Assembly: GCA_036172245.1 (NCBI GenBank)
Contig: JAYWIR010000037.1
Span: forward strand, 744,001 to 808,000
DNA: 64,000 nt
Direction of reading: 5' to 3'
From: Raillietiella orientalis
Taxonomy: Eukaryota
Shown here one piece after another: positions 1 to 14,338 of this stretch. A program made the translations under genes and the position numbers. Within the stretch, counting starts at the first letter, position 1, and every line of letters starts with the position of its first letter. The notes below the pieces were generated by a model, which was not told the DNA's origin, did not search any database, and worked only from the letters and a program-made list of their open reading frames with translations.

Positions 1-1590
1 TCCCACTTCCGTTTGTTTATACTGGTGGTTGAAAAGCTCTTTGAAACACAAGACAAGTGAAAAGTGCAGGATTACCAGGGTATCGGAAAAGGATGGGATA
101 TGAACAGCAGGAAGAAGTTGGAAGACCGCTACTTATTTACAATATAAATAGAATCTGAACCAAGGGAGATCGAATCAACACAATTATTACTTGACAATCT
201 GTGGATTTAGCAGTCCTTATTTTCTTTCAAATAAATCAGGAACGAGGCGAACAATCTTCAAGATTTCATTAAATAGTAGTGGACGTCCCTCCAGCACGGA
301 AGGAGTCCCTTTTGTTTTCTTTGCTTTGATCTGGGAACCGTTGGAGGTGCCAGGAATTAGCATGAAATTTCTGTTTTAGGTTCGCTCATTCGATCACAGG
401 CACGGATTCAGTTTGAGAGGTCTAATTCGGGATTATGCAACGATAGAACAATTCAATCCTGGATTTTGAATAAGACCAGATATTTCGCAGTTTGCCGCTG
501 TAGAACGGAACATGAATACATGGTGGGCAGACATAGACCATGCGAGCGAAACATTGAAAAAAAAAAAAAAGAAAAGATTATGATACATTGAGATAGAAGA
601 AACAATCGGTCCATTGGATATACACCGATTTTATCATACTGACTTTTCATTCTACAGTAGGGGAAAAATGCAGCAGTTTATGATCCACTTTCAAATATCA
701 GCTTTCACAAAAATCCTCTTCGATTCCATCTATTTTCTAGAATCTTTTCTGATATCACTTTTGAATCGACAACTGCGTCCAGAGTATGCTGTCTCTTATC
801 TGCCACTGAATTTGATATTTCCTATTTCTGTTTACTGTAACACCAAACAAAGTTCGGTACAAAAAACACTACCAAGATTATACCGCGATACAGAATTTTG
901 CAATGTGAACAAAAAATGGTAGCTTTACAGATATTCACTCCATCTTTACGATTTCGAATCGGCAAGCACTAAAGGGAATTTAATTTACAAGAATTTTGCA
1001 CTTCCATCCCACATATGGCTACAGAGTAGTATCCGTATAACTGAAATGGTGACATAATGGCACGGTACTGAGAACAACAAATCCACGATTTCCTGTGTAC
1101 GTACTCTACTGAAGAACACATGCAACTATATATGAAAAATGCAAGTATCCATAAAGAATGAGTTTTTCTCTGGATACGGATTCAACTTCCCGATTTTCTC
1201 CTGCAGTCATTTACCATAAAGTCAGGGGTTGACGAACATGAAAACGTTCCTGATGAAAAGTTCAACTCAGGGCTTGACGGAAAGTAGAAGAAAAAAAAAA
1301 AAAAAACTCGATCAAACTCCCCCTGCTCGCATCAGCTAACATTCGCGACGCTTCTATGAGTGATTCCGAAAAGAATTCAAACAGCACCACGCTGTCTTAT
1401 TGCAGATTCCAGAGACAGGTCCACCGCTACAGATAACACAGGGTTCCGCTTAGCATGCTCCTTCATAAAGAATCGTTCGCATGTTTAGTAAAACTGCCTG
1501 TGGCAACTGAGCTCGCATAAACATAAGTCTTAAAGACTGCCACACAGAGAAAGTAAAACTATGGAGTACAATCGGAGACCACTTCCATGC

Positions 1591-1920
1591 CCGCTCCTGT
1601 TCGCTCCTCTGAAGAGAACGCCGAAGGGACGCTTCCGAAACTCAGAAGGGGCTCTGCAGCTTCCCTTAGGGGGATCGCTCTCGCTTGCTTCCTTGCACTC
1701 TGTGAAGAGGCGAAGACTCGGAGGGTCCACCCCGCAACAGGGGGGTCCGCTCCTTTAAACAACTGGAGAGGTGCCCGTGAGGGCTCCTGCTCCATCTTGA
1801 GACCGGAGGCGCCCCCCGGTGAGGGGGGTCTGCTCTCCGTTGCACAACAGGAAGGGGAACTCCCCACTCCTTTATTCCTGGGAGGACCCGAAGGTCGATT
1901 CGCATTGTTCCGTTCTTCAT
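1591..1920 (+). repeat. GC-rich interspersed repeat, copy A (intronic); copy B is at 34679-34925
   Basis: Shares long near-identical blocks with copy B (e.g. ccgaagggacgcttccgaaactcagaaggggc; tgcactctgtgaagaggcga; attcctgggaggacc). Copy A has an extra internal segment. Confidence 0.9.
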
Positions 1921-2640
1921 GACATGAATTCGCTATGAGTTCTGGAAACGAAGAGAACCTCTGATTTTTCTAGAACACACAATACATGGAAATGGCGGTT
2001 CGCTGAGAGCCAGAAATAGCCGTTCGGCTATTCTGCACATCGACAAGAACACATCCCTGATTCTGGATTCGAATGAAGCACACTCGATGTCCAGATATTT
2101 TCAAGAAATGTGGAATTCGAAGCTCGCAAGCAGTAGAAGATACACAGCTCGGAAGTTGGTGAATTAACTTTGTTTCAGTTGCTTTTTTTTTTTTTTCCCA
2201 GGGATATCAAAAAGAGTAATATCACATTTCTGGGATACATTACGGGTGCCCACAAAGAGGGCATTTAGAGATGCATGTATCTAAGGAAAAATGGGAACTC
2301 ACAGTTGACCATAAAACTGGCGTCGCATCTTTATTTCCAAATCAGTTTCCATTAATGACACGACATTTGTGAATAGCTTAAGGCGGCGAATAAGGGAAAA
2401 ACACATAGGTACTTCAAAAAATATACTGCTCCCAGAATAAAAAAAAAAAAAAAAAAAAAAGACTGTTTCACGAATAGCGGGTTTCGTTTCGGAAGATTTA
2501 GCGAAAAACTTGCAATTCGGAATTCAGATTCAACAGAACATCAAATCAATGAATAATGACTCAATTATGACATGAAAGCAAAACAAAAAACAGAATGGCA
2601 TGTTTACTGGTGATAAAAAGGAGGCATGCAAAGAACTTAC

Positions 2641-2774
2641 TTCTTGATAGGAATGTTTCCATTTTTGTCCTTACTGAGAGTTAACCTCACGTGTGCTTTT
2701 TTCAAAAAAGTGATTGCACTGGCATTGAGGGCTAGCAAATTGTAGCTCATTTTTAGTAATTCATTTGTCCATAT
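2641..2774 (-). CDS. PLCB: Phospholipase C-beta, coding exon 5 (IWTNELLKMSYNLLALNASAITFLKKAHVRLTLSKDKNGNIPIK); gene continues left of the window
   Basis: 134 nt, pyrimidine tract plus AG acceptor, GTAAGT donor. Matches WT.E....NLLA.N.S...FL.KA..+L.L.....G.IP+K. No convincing next exon found in 1-2640. Confidence 0.93.
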
Positions 2775-3149
2775 CTTAAAGGAAAAGAAAAGTTATCTTT
2801 TTCATTTTTAGACTATTTTTGAAGTAATTCGTGGGCAAACAACAAATGACGACTTTGGTAATGGATGTTTATCTTAGCTCCGCTGTTTAGCTATAGTCCT
2901 ATCTCTACATTCTAAATAAATGCCAAGCACGCTAACGGAAATCACTAGAGCGGACGTACAGCTTCGCTGATACGGTACACGACTCGATCCCGGATTCTTC
3001 GGACTTTTGCAAATCCGAAGAACACACATTTTTTCAGGAGAACACACATCGTGCGGAAGCATTACGGATGCGTTTTTTTTCCCCCTCTCTCTCTCTCTCT
3101 CTCAAATAGATCTCTGTTCAAATGCACACTGCTTGATGCAATTCTCTTC

Positions 3150-4300
3150 AGCTGCCCGGAAAGAGGTCTGCAATGGCAACCAACGGATGATACTGAAAGA
3201 ACAGGGATTTCTGTCCAAGAAGTGTAACCAATGCAATTTGATGATTGTACAGCGAGCCCGAAGAACTTAAATGCTTGGAAGGACGATGCTTTTTTCCTAC
3301 AGTGAAGACTACCAAATCTGCTTCAGTGGAATGATAAAAAGCAACGCACGCACTCGTGAATGAATTCACGCTAAATTTGAAATATGCATAATCCGAATTT
3401 TCGATCTGATCTGCAACTCTTCTCATGGAAGGAATCTCCTTTCTGATCTGCCACCCACGAGACCGATGGACCGATAGACTATCGAAAATTCCTTAAATTT
3501 TCGACCGTATAGTAAAATTAAAATCGAATTCCACGTTTGCAGGAAACTTTTTTTTTTTATTTTCGAAAAAGCGTTAGACTTCTTGAATGTCTTAACTTGA
3601 ATTCGTTGCGACTGTTTCAGACTTCTTGTTTTTTCTTTTTTTTCAAAAAAAGAAAAAACAAGAACCCTTTGAAGAAAACGGGGAGCAAATGGCCGAGGTC
3701 ATAAAGGTCAATAAAGGGGTGGATAATGGAGGAATTATTACGGCATTATAAATTCTACACACTGAAAGCTTTTGAGAGTTTTCTGGCTTAAATTACGAGG
3801 ACCCTGGGTGACAGCATCCAACGCGCGGCAAGTTTCCTAGAAGTTTCCCGGAAACGGAATTCTGTTGAATTGCATACATTGAATTCCATAAATCAGAGTA
3901 ATTGCTTTTTTCAAAAGTTACAACTCCTCGTTATTTCAAGACTCATTTCAAGAAGAGAGAAACAATGCCAGATCCTCATCTTTGCCATGTTTACGAAATC
4001 TCTTCATCATTCCGTTACGGTATCCACTAGCAAAGGTGCAACATTTTTAAAAATCCGCTTTAGAGCTTTCTGTTTCACCAACTTCGTGTCAGCCACGATG
4101 GTAGTCCCCTTGAACAATGCTGTACTACGGGACTCTCTTAGGTACATACTATGTATGGATTACGAAAGCGCCTTCCTGTTCCACATACATCTTCCGAACA
4201 TACGGAAAATATTTCTCGAATTATGCTGGAACTCCCAATCAAGAACCTCTAAATATTTCAAAGTATCCCATTCGTAGGAAAACCATAACCATGAAACTAC
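3150..4300 (-). mobile_element. Degenerate L2/CR1-type LINE ORF2 remnant
   Basis: Minus-strand pieces in the expected order: PSWLTR, KRFRKHGKDEDLALF (linker), YRSIGL (~YRPISL), AFYHSTEADL (~GFR..HSTETAL). Many stops and frameshifts. Confidence 0.5.
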
Positions 4301-4801
4301 CATGAGCCACAGATTTCAATGTACATTTATTTAGAAGTCATTCTAATAATCAATGCTTCGTTACAAGCATATGGAGGAAGGAGCTTCAAAAGGCGCAAAA
4401 CAACAGGTGACTGGAGCCGACTCCCCCATTTCTTCATAATTTTTATGCAAGTTTGTTCTTTCTACCTTACGTACACCTCACTTTCAAGCGGAAAACGGGA
4501 AAACGATAAAAGGAAGACTCCGTGAATCATCATAATATGCGGCAATGACATAAGCAGAAATAAAGAGGGGAAACGTTTGCATGAAAATTATCTTCGCATG
4601 GAAGATTCACAGGAGGAGGATACCAAAGAGTAGCCGTAGGAAATACGTGCCTTAATAAGAAACTTAATGGGATTCTTACAAGGCATTCGCTCCATGAACT
4701 ATTTAATAATATATAACTAAAAACTTGAGTTGCGTTAGCAAATCCAATTCAAATGCATCCGAAAGCAATCATGGAGAACCAAAAGGATTAGATCTGTAGA
4801 G

Positions 4802-5023
4802 CAGCGTTTCCCAAATTATGTTCAATAAGTGTTACGTGAAAAATTGTGAGAATTTTACAGAATTAACATTAAAATTTGAGAATGAATGTTTGTTTTGTTT
4901 TCTTATATTTACTTGCTTGATTTATTCTTAATACCTACCTACCCTATAAAATAACCATGGTATTCCGTTAGCATTTCAGGATTTGTGAAGTGTTCCGTCT
5001 TAGGAAAAGTTGGGGAAACGCTG
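4802..5023. mobile_element. Non-autonomous hAT (Charlie/Buster-like) MITE
   Basis: Terminal inverted repeats CAGCGTTTCCCAAA and TTGGGGAAACGCTG. Flanking 8-mers CTGTAGAG and CTGTGGAG (7/8 identical) fit an 8-bp hAT target-site duplication. Confidence 0.8.
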
Positions 5024-8000
5024 CTGTGGAGGATCGACTGTCTCGTGCATCCAATCTCTCCTCTAAGTACCATTTTTTCTACTTCCGGTTCATTACCATC
5101 GTCACGAATGGCTCTGCGTTGCGTGCAATTAAATCTCTCTCCATGAGGGTCAGCTCCAGCTGAAGGTTTCAATGGATGCCCAGGCGTTGAGCACAGAGCA
5201 GTTTGAGAATTACCAAAGCATTTGCAAAACCCGTGATTTCGCTACAGTTTTGGATATCCTTTTCTTATTTTCTGAATGAGTATGGAGGGGGAGGGGGAAG
5301 GGGTCACCGATATTCGAGCAGAAGTTTCGTAGATGATCTCCGATAAGGGAAAGCAAATCAGAGATGCAAATAGCAAATGCCTTTTTCGAACAATTTCAAT
5401 GAGAGAGTATCTCGGTGTTAGCAAAACTGATCCTAGAGAATGCAAGACACTATTATTATTACTTTGCGCCGTAGCTCTCCGTGTCCACAGCAGATATTTC
5501 AACTTTCAAAAATTCTTGTTTCTCAAAACAAGCGAGGATCTCATCAAACAAGCACGAACTTGACACTTGACTTTTCTTGATCATCTTCCAAACCAAGACA
5601 TCAACTAACGATGCTTTCATGGCGGCGATTTTACAGAATGCATTCTTCATCTGTCTTCTCGCCAAATACGGAATCTTCAAATCGAAAAAGTGGAATTGTG
5701 GTCATAGGCGTGATGGTGAATCCGAACTTTTTTCTACAAAGTAGAAATGTGAAAAAGGTTCCTGGAAAAACAAAAGCGATGCAAAGTCTATCTGCCCCTA
5801 GTCACAGAGAACAAGATCCAGCTGTCATGAGTCAGGTCGACGAGAAACCAATTAATCCGATTCAATAATCAATTATCAAGAGCTTCACACCTGATTGCAG
5901 CTCAAATAACACCACAACGATTATCATTCGCAGCGTCCCTTAAACGGCGCATCCTGATGGCTATCGCGAAGTATTCTTCTAAGCTGAGCAAAGCACTGAA
6001 ATATTTCCTGTGAAAAACAGGAGAAGCAAGAAGCGAAGTTGCGGCTCCGCTGAATTTGATGCTTTGGTGACCAGTTACGCAGGATGAGCACCGACATTTT
6101 TTTTTTTTTTTTCTTTCGGTGAAACAATACAGTTGCCAAAGATGAGCATACATAGTCCTCAAAGCCAGAGCAACCGGCACTCAGTTACTACGACTACTTA
6201 AGGTTTTGGAGAATGACATGGAATGCACGGGGTTGTCTTGAGCAAAACGGAGGAGGTCTTCACGGCTGGTAGGGGTACGACGCCAACGGCTGTAACAAAG
6301 CATTGACTTTTCGTGGTTGCTCGTCCTTGAAATCATTGTGTACACACATACGAAGCAAAGAGCCACACTAGAGATGATTTTGTAATGGATTGGTCGAGGC
6401 AGGTGTATGAACATAAAAACTGTGCAATGTGGAAATATGGACCATTATGTTGGTTCCGCTCTGAAAACAGTAACGAAAATGACTAAACCATACGAGTGGA
6501 TCTCCACCTCCAACAAAGAATAATCTGATACTTCAATGAAGCATTTATGATGTTCACAGCTCAACGAATCCTTATTCTAATGTGCCTGATATGACCATCA
6601 CCCACGAGAGCTACCAGGCATACATATCAATCGTACTGAACGAAATACCTCACCTCTCTCCCCTGTTGGACGGAAGGATGGAAATTTCCTATGCCTTCTT
6701 TCAAAGCATCATTAGTATTTATGAGGTAATCAATTATTTGCATAAAACCCATTAAACTTCGGCGCACTTAGATGGTTGAGTTTCACATTCGATTCGATTC
6801 CGATTAAGAAGTCAACTTCGCCCGAAACAGACTATGCAGAACCAAACTGAATTTTCGGGCAACGGGACGTAACTTGGAATCATAATGATCTGATTTGCAA
6901 CTGCTAAACCATCGTACAAATCACACAGTAGGAAATCAATTTGTGATGTTGCTAGTGGAGTTTTCCAGTTCATTGGGAAACTGCGCTTCAGAAAATAATA
7001 ACTGCACAGAATGCCAATCTATGTCTTAACGAGTATATTGCATATCTGATGCAAGTTGCATTCGAATAGAACACCTCAAGGTGGGTCATTATGTAAAAGA
7101 AGGGGGGGAAAAAAAATCGAACAAAAACAGTGCTGGCTTTCTGATCGACCTTCTTTTCCTCCCCATTCCCAGACAGATAAACAGCAAGATAAAGATGAGG
7201 CTGAAATCTGAATTTGCATACGCTCGATTACACCGCTTTGGCAGGCAAAAATTTAATGCATCCCGAAATCAAGGGCAGCACATACTCCATTCGGGTAACT
7301 AGATCTCGTAAATGCAAGTGTACATTGCATTACACAACATTTTCTGGCAATGTTTCCAGAACCTTCAATCACCTCGCGATTGTGAGAAGCTTTTCAAGGC
7401 TTAAAGAGAAGACGGTACCGAGATTTCTTGAATTTGTAGGAAAGTACGACTTGTGCTTGTGCTCATTTAAATTGATTTAAAGTTATTTTTTTTGCATGTA
7501 TATGTTATTTTTTGACCAAGCTGAAAGTGTACGATGATAAATTAATGGTGTAATCAAGTGAGAATAATGAAAATGGGCTGTTCCGCAGAGTGCATTACGG
7601 GAAAATGCTCAACTGCAATCACGTCATGTGACGATGAAAGGACAATCACCACACTGACGTGCATTAAAGTCAGAGAATAAGAGAATCCATGTATTTGCTT
7701 CTTCTCGAGTTAAACATTGGGCGGAATTTGGCTCACATGTTTTCTTACTGTAAGGAAAAGAACAGTTAAACCAGTTTGGTTTTCCGGAAATCCAAGCAAA
7801 GTCCATTATTTCCTGAGAGAACTACACTTTGCCGAAAGTGGCGTTGGACCGAAAGGTTTCGGGAACCGTTCACTAGGAGCAGCTCCAAAAATTGGGCCAG
7901 CTCGTATACTGAGCAAATTCTCGAAAGAAACAACTTGCAAATATGCACTCAGATAAGATATGTTCATAAGAAGGAAACGCAATTTTTCCCCAGAGTTCTC

Positions 8001-8186
8001 ATGAGAAAGCATTCAAAATAAATTCTAAAGACAAGAAAATTCGAAAATTCTTGATTGCATGAAGAGTGAAAACAAGTTTTTCATGTCATCCACAAGAGAG
8101 AGAAGCATCCTCGGATGGAACAAAACAGACGGACAGTAAATAGGCATTTACGAGAATGCAACGAAAAATTTTCAGAGCACACTCAC

Positions 8187-8324
8187 CTTGGCAGATTCGC
8201 TGCTGGTACCACAAAAATTGATAAAGTTGACATTGGTAAAATCTGATCCATAGACTACAGTCATTGTTTTCTGTTCTAAAGGCTGCGTCGTTCCAATCGA
8301 CAAGCTCTCACGTAACTTTGGATC
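8187..8324 (-). CDS. PLCB: Phospholipase C-beta, coding exon 4 (DPKLRESLSIGTTQPLEQKTMTVVYGSDFTNVNFINFCGTSSESAK)
   Basis: 138 nt, TTTCAG acceptor, GTGAGT donor. DPKLRE...TVVYG.D..N motif of the PLC-beta PH domain. Confidence 0.95.
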
Positions 8325-10030
8325 CTGAAACAAATTGTTCGTCTTTCGAGTAAAATCTTTGCACCCAAAAACAAGCTTTCAAACATCTACAAGATTCCCT
8401 CCTGCAGATTTAGTCCTCTTTTAACAAGTCAAGTGACTGAAGACCAGCAAAAAAACAAGCAAATCAGAAATCGAATCGAAGCGAACGGGGTTCTTGCTAT
8501 GATTGGGCTGAAAATAAGCAATTTCCGAAAAAGCCCTTAACATCCCTATATTTTCCAACATATATTTTGAACAAGACGAAAGAAGAAAACCTTCCATTGA
8601 TCGCAGTCCCGCTTGTAAAATGCATCCTTCTTCCGTCCTCGCATTCCAATTCAAGAGTCCAATCTCACGAAAAACTGAATATTCATTAGCGGTGAGATGA
8701 AAATGCATGCTTGCCAATTGGCATTCAATAAACCACCTTATTTATCGTTTTACGTACGTATATGGCAATGCGTGATTTTCGATTATTTTACCTACAGAGG
8801 AAATTACTCATAAAAGCTTGAAAGATATACAAACCAGAACATCACCTAAGGCTCGCCCACTAATGACAAAAAATCTACAGGGGTATAGACTTGGCCGGTA
8901 TAGTGGTCTGGAGTGTAAGGAAATTAGTACATAGGCAGTATATAGATTATCGAAAATCCAACTGGTTAGTATTCTTTGAGTCGCAATATTCAGTTGTTGA
9001 GAACAAACTTGTTTGCATCAAACTCTTGACACAGAGTCATAAAACACCAAACACCACGATGTAAGACCGAGAAACACCAAACAAAGAACTTATGCGCAGA
9101 GGAAAATTTACAAAGCAGCTGGAACTCAAGACAGTTTTGCGGTTCTATTTATTATATATATATATTAAAAAAAAAGAAATGATAGAAAGCTCGTGGGTAA
9201 AAAAATAAAACAACAAAAAAAAAAAATGAATTCAATCTATGAAGAAGATTGCAGCAAATGTGAATTTGTCAAGCCAGCAGCATTCTCCACCGGTACGCAG
9301 GACTATCACGAATTTAACCCATTCAACACCGGCAACACGCCGCCCAGGCACGAACGAATGTCGAATCACATACGGCATTCGTTACAGCAAAATGAGAAGC
9401 AGAAGGCAGCGAAAGGCAATGTTAAATTTTTTTCCCAATTAATTGAACGCTATTTGCATATCGTGAGCTCAGTAAGAAATCAAATACAGACTGACATTTG
9501 CAAAAGAAAAGCGGCATGCAAGATATGACCTGGCAGCAGCCGAAATGTGTTAAAATATCCAACTTTGCATGCACTGGATGCTTGGATGCACACATCTATT
9601 CTCTGTTCATATTTATGACAATTGATTCCAATAATAAATTAAATGAGATGCAACATAGTGTAGCTACGACATAATCAATAACAGTAATAATGGTCACATG
9701 AGTGATATTATAATGATCACAAAATGGAGATAGTATCTGATCCTCAACGCGACCCCTGCTGAGTGAAGAATTCATCAACCACATGTATCTAGGGAATTAA
9801 AAAATAGGGTCTTACATTCATTACATGAGGTACCAATGAGGGCGATAAAAGAGGAGACCTCGAAGTTCCTACATAACCCCGAAGACAAAGATGCAGAAAG
9901 CAATTCTAGTAATTGGTGCTGATCTCTGTAACTTAGGACTAACTGGCACGCTCTATCAGTCACTAATCGATGGCAGTACTTTACTTAGTTGAACTTCAGT
10001 CAGCATCTGACTTTTCGCTAGCATGCCATG

Positions 10031-10068
10031 TGTTTTTACGTGTGTCTTGTGCGACACACGTAAAAACA
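10031..10068. repeat. Perfect 16-bp inverted repeat, 6-nt loop
   Basis: TGTTTTTACGTGTGTC-ttgtgc-GACACACGTAAAAACA. Confidence 0.95.
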
Positions 10069-10979
10069 GATTGCTCACTGTGAAAATGATTCCCAAATAC
10101 ATTCAACAGTTTTGTTGAAAAACGAATTGTCCTTTCATGCTATACACATATGGCGAAGGACAAAATTGTACCAGTTACCGTGAAGGCGCGAAAAATAACC
10201 AACTGCATCAATTTTTCCCAGGAGAAATTGAAACAACTCAAAAACTGAAATCAACTGAAAACGATGCTTCCAATACTCCAAAACTAATTCACAAAAACAG
10301 AATTTCGGGAAAACTCCCTGGAATGCACCTTACTTGCAATCTCGATTTTGAATATGCAACCAGCTGCGGGCTGCTCAATTGGCGTTCCCCATTTGAAGAC
10401 GGCAATGTACAGGTGATGGACGCGGTATGAAACTGTCCCGAACTCGAGAGTCAAAACTACAAATCATTTCCCCACCTCTGCATAGTTCAGTAAGCACCAT
10501 GAACAAAAGCGGTGGTCAAAGTATAGAAACCAAAGCATGGATCGGCCGGAGTGTGCGTCCAAGTCCTCCGTTGACTTGTTTGTATGATTTCGCAACTGTG
10601 ATGTTTCAGATTTCAATTGTCTATGGCAGCTAGAGGAAACAGATTCCGTTGCTGCACATGAGATCACACGCTAAAAAAAAAAGAAAAAAGGAAGAGAAAA
10701 ATGATGCTTTAGGAGTTTGATGACCACAATCTTGAGGATGAGGGCCGACAGCTTCCACGGTCAGTTGAGAAGGTCAGTTGGGGTAGTCCTCCAAAGGTGT
10801 AGCTGCTATAATAGACTGGGACACATGGATCAAATGATCCAGCTAATTGTTTTCCCGACGAGAGAGAGCGAGCACGAGCGAAAAAAGAAAAAAAAAAAAA
10901 AAAGATCCATGCAATGCTCTTGTGAAGGAGTGGGAAATGACCAATGCAACTAGTACTGCAACTCTGAACCAAATGTCCC

Positions 10980-11420
10980 AGAACTGTTCACGGAATTCTG
11001 GTGGGTTTTCGGGATTCTCATATTCAAACACGACAAGCCTGCTCCAGAAATGACACAGACCTTGGTCGGGTGCCATCATTAAGCATCGTGCGCTACAGCA
11101 AAATTCGTAAAGCTTTCTTTTGCCGTCCTACTTGATGCAACATCTACGAGCGATACACGCTTCATTCTAAATGATGATGAGGAACACTTCACACAATTTC
11201 TTTCGGATGAATGAGGGGAAAATTATCATTTTCTGGGAAGCAAATACGTTTCTTGCTTGCATACCGCATGTTCTCGAAAATTTCGGTGGTGGTCCACAAA
11301 GGAAACTGTTCTTCCTGCATCTACGACTCCGCTTCGCGGAATGCCCTACAAGAGGATTTTTCGGTATCTACCGCAAGTCTTTCTTGAATAAACGACACAA
11401 AAATGATTGTCATAGGGAAA
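10980..11420 (+). mobile_element. Very degenerate LINE reverse-transcriptase remnant
   Basis: Ordered weak motifs: GFSGFSYSNTTSLL (~GFR..HST.TALL), KAF, GGPQ (~GVPQG), ALQEDF (~LQ.DL). Confidence 0.3.
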
Positions 11421-13681
11421 CATCAATTCCTTGCTACTAGCTATTGACACTACTACAAGCAGGTATGTCTGGTGCTACCAAGGATATATGGTCTCCAGAG
11501 TCGAACATTCTGACATGCTGGTTCTGTAGAACGTACAGTACGTTCGAGATGTTATTCCTTGATCAAGAAAACCATTCGTCACATCCTGTACTTCGCCGAA
11601 TCCGGAATCCTGAATGAGTACGAAATTCTAACATTCCAGTCTTTTCGGTCCAATTTACGTTACAGTCATCTTTCCTCACGTTATAATTTTTCAGGTTAAA
11701 CTCATGCTGCTTGCTTTCCACATCTGAACCTTGATCTTTTGTGAATTGGATGATTCTTCGCTTCGTCCTTAAAGGTATGACATTACATCTCGGTATAATG
11801 CCTTGTCGTCTTTACGTCGATAACGGTTTATTCTCACCCGTGTGCAAGGTATGGAGAGGTCAGTCAGTTTTTCGGCTTCCACTGCTGCTCGTCGAGCTTC
11901 GTTGTTGAAATACATCAATCTGGTCTTTGTACAGGAATGGGACAGATTCTCGGTGGTACGTTTCGTTGTGGAAACCGGATTTACTACCAAAACGGATGCG
12001 CCAAAAACTCAGGAAGGATTCGCTTATTTACCAAGGCTTATGCGTTGAAAGTTACACGTTTTGCTCTTGAATTCGCTTCAAATTGCTACTGAATGTCTGC
12101 TACGCAGTCTCCTGAGTCTACCGCCGCATCTTCCGTTTGAGTTCGTTTACAAATGGAGAGCTTTGTTCGTGTTCTATCCATGCAGCGATCTATTCTAAAG
12201 TTTTCACCTTCAATACATTTTTCCCATTCTATATCTCCACCTAACACAGTGATTTTTTCACCTTTGCAAATGGCTTACAATGTTGCCTTTGCCGGAGACC
12301 CATGCTCACAGAAACATGGAACCCGGTCCGTAGCGGAGACGACAAAGATGTTTTTGTTAGCAGTGAAAGAATGCTGCATAGTAAAGATAGCAGATCCAAA
12401 GCAGATATTTGGAATCATAATTTTTCATCATCACCACGGAATAAAGTAAATGATACAAGTGGAACACATGATCATGTAACATATCACGATATGTTACATG
12501 CGGCTGAAGAGCACTGGGTTCTATAACGTAATACGTGTGTGCAGAGTATCGGAAGAGAGGCTGTACTAGGATATATACGAATCGATTTGGGTGTTGTGCA
12601 CACTTTAGAACTCGAAAACGACGTTTCCGAGTTTCGTTTTCAACAGACACCCAATTAACTATTGCCGTCATTGCGGCAAGCAGCTTGAATACGATTTGAT
12701 CCTATCACTTTGGGGAAAAAAATCAGTTGTAACGCACAAATAGTAAGCAATAGTCAAGTGATTAAACATGCATTAAAGATTCACAGAGTATATTTTTCGT
12801 GAGGGAAATATCCTGCGGGAAAACGAAGGGATCAACGCTCAATCATGAAACCAATTTGAGCTTAATCCTTCTATTAAGCTTACGCCACGCGCTCTATCAT
12901 TTTTGCATAACGTAAAGAAATCATGCATGCTTTCGTTTAAGCTCGCATCCAAGAACATGACCCGCAAGTTCCATCATTTTTTCCTTCTTAATTTGCTTAT
13001 TAAGGGAAGGCATAAGTTAGGATCTACTGATTGAGACAGAACTGAAATGATTTTGGTGTGTGTTACTAAACTCCACACGATGCAGTCACTTTTACTCAAT
13101 TAGTGATCCTACATAGTTCCTGCATGGACGAATAAACTCAATATTGCAACACACGGAATCTCACATCTCACACTAATGGCATAGAACGACAAAACAACAA
13201 AGGGTAGGTAATATAGGGAGGAACTAGAGTTTAAAAAAGGCTTCTTTTGACTATGATGAAAAGAAAAATGACGAAACGAAAGAGAACGAGGTGCGATTCT
13301 TATTTGCAATTAGATTCATGTGTTTGAATAAACATAGAAAAATTAAAGGCGTTTACGACTTTGACCTCACCGAATGGGCGTGTCAAAGCTTTCACATTCC
13401 GAAGAAACGAATTGAACACTTCTACCATACATTACATTCTTCCAACAGCGGGTACGCAATGCAAGAGAATGCTCTAAACGGCCAAGCATACGTACATACA
13501 CTATACAGAACACTACTTTTAATCCTATGGATAGATACAAATTCATTTTTCATGATGAATGAGGTTTCTTTTGGAACTCGATCTCAAATCGTCACTACTA
13601 AACAACGTCCACAGAAAACCGAAATAAGATTATTTTGTCTTAAGATGAGAAAAGAGAAGGTAAAACCATGGGAGAAAAATT

Positions 13682-13700
13682 GCGCGCGCGCGCGCGCGCG
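13682..13700. repeat. (GC)n alternating purine-pyrimidine tract
   Basis: gcgcgcgcgcgcgcgcgcg, read directly from the sequence. Confidence 0.9.
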
Positions 13701-14220
13701 TTTTTTTGGTTGAGCACGTGTCATGATCAAGGATTTCCCTGGAAATTGTTTTGGTGACCAGCTCAGAGGAAAGTCTGAAGAAAAGCAACACTCTCACAGA
13801 GAATATGAGAAGATTTTCGGGGGAAGGCATTGATGCAACCAACTGTCATTGCATTTCTGATACCATCCCTTTATTTTTACAAACTCTGTCAAGACGAAAA
13901 GTCAAAAAAATTCGGAAACAGATTTCGATTACTTTGGAGTACAGAAGAAAAAAAAATGTTCTCGAAAGTTCACTCGGGGATACTTTTAAATTTTCTATAT
14001 TCCAACTTGAAAAAAACTGCCAAATTAATGCATTTTTGTTTTACCCATTGAGCCTCGTGTGGATCATTACGGCGCTGTCGTGCACCCTAAAGGAATTCAT
14101 GACTACTTGTTGATCAGAACAAAATTCCGATTCACTCAAACAAGCAAATCAAGTGAAAAAAAATAATTCGGTAAAGTAGTTTCGATCTGTTTTAGAACGA
14201 GAATAAAAAACATGAGACTT

Positions 14221-14338
<118 letters not shown>

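Noticed and set aside
217..330. Exon-like minus-strand segment (branch-point-like CTAAT, CCCAG acceptor, IKAKKTKG...FERK*)
   Set aside because: It does not resemble the expected next PLC-beta exon, and joining it in the phase left by exon 5 gives a different frame with an early stop.
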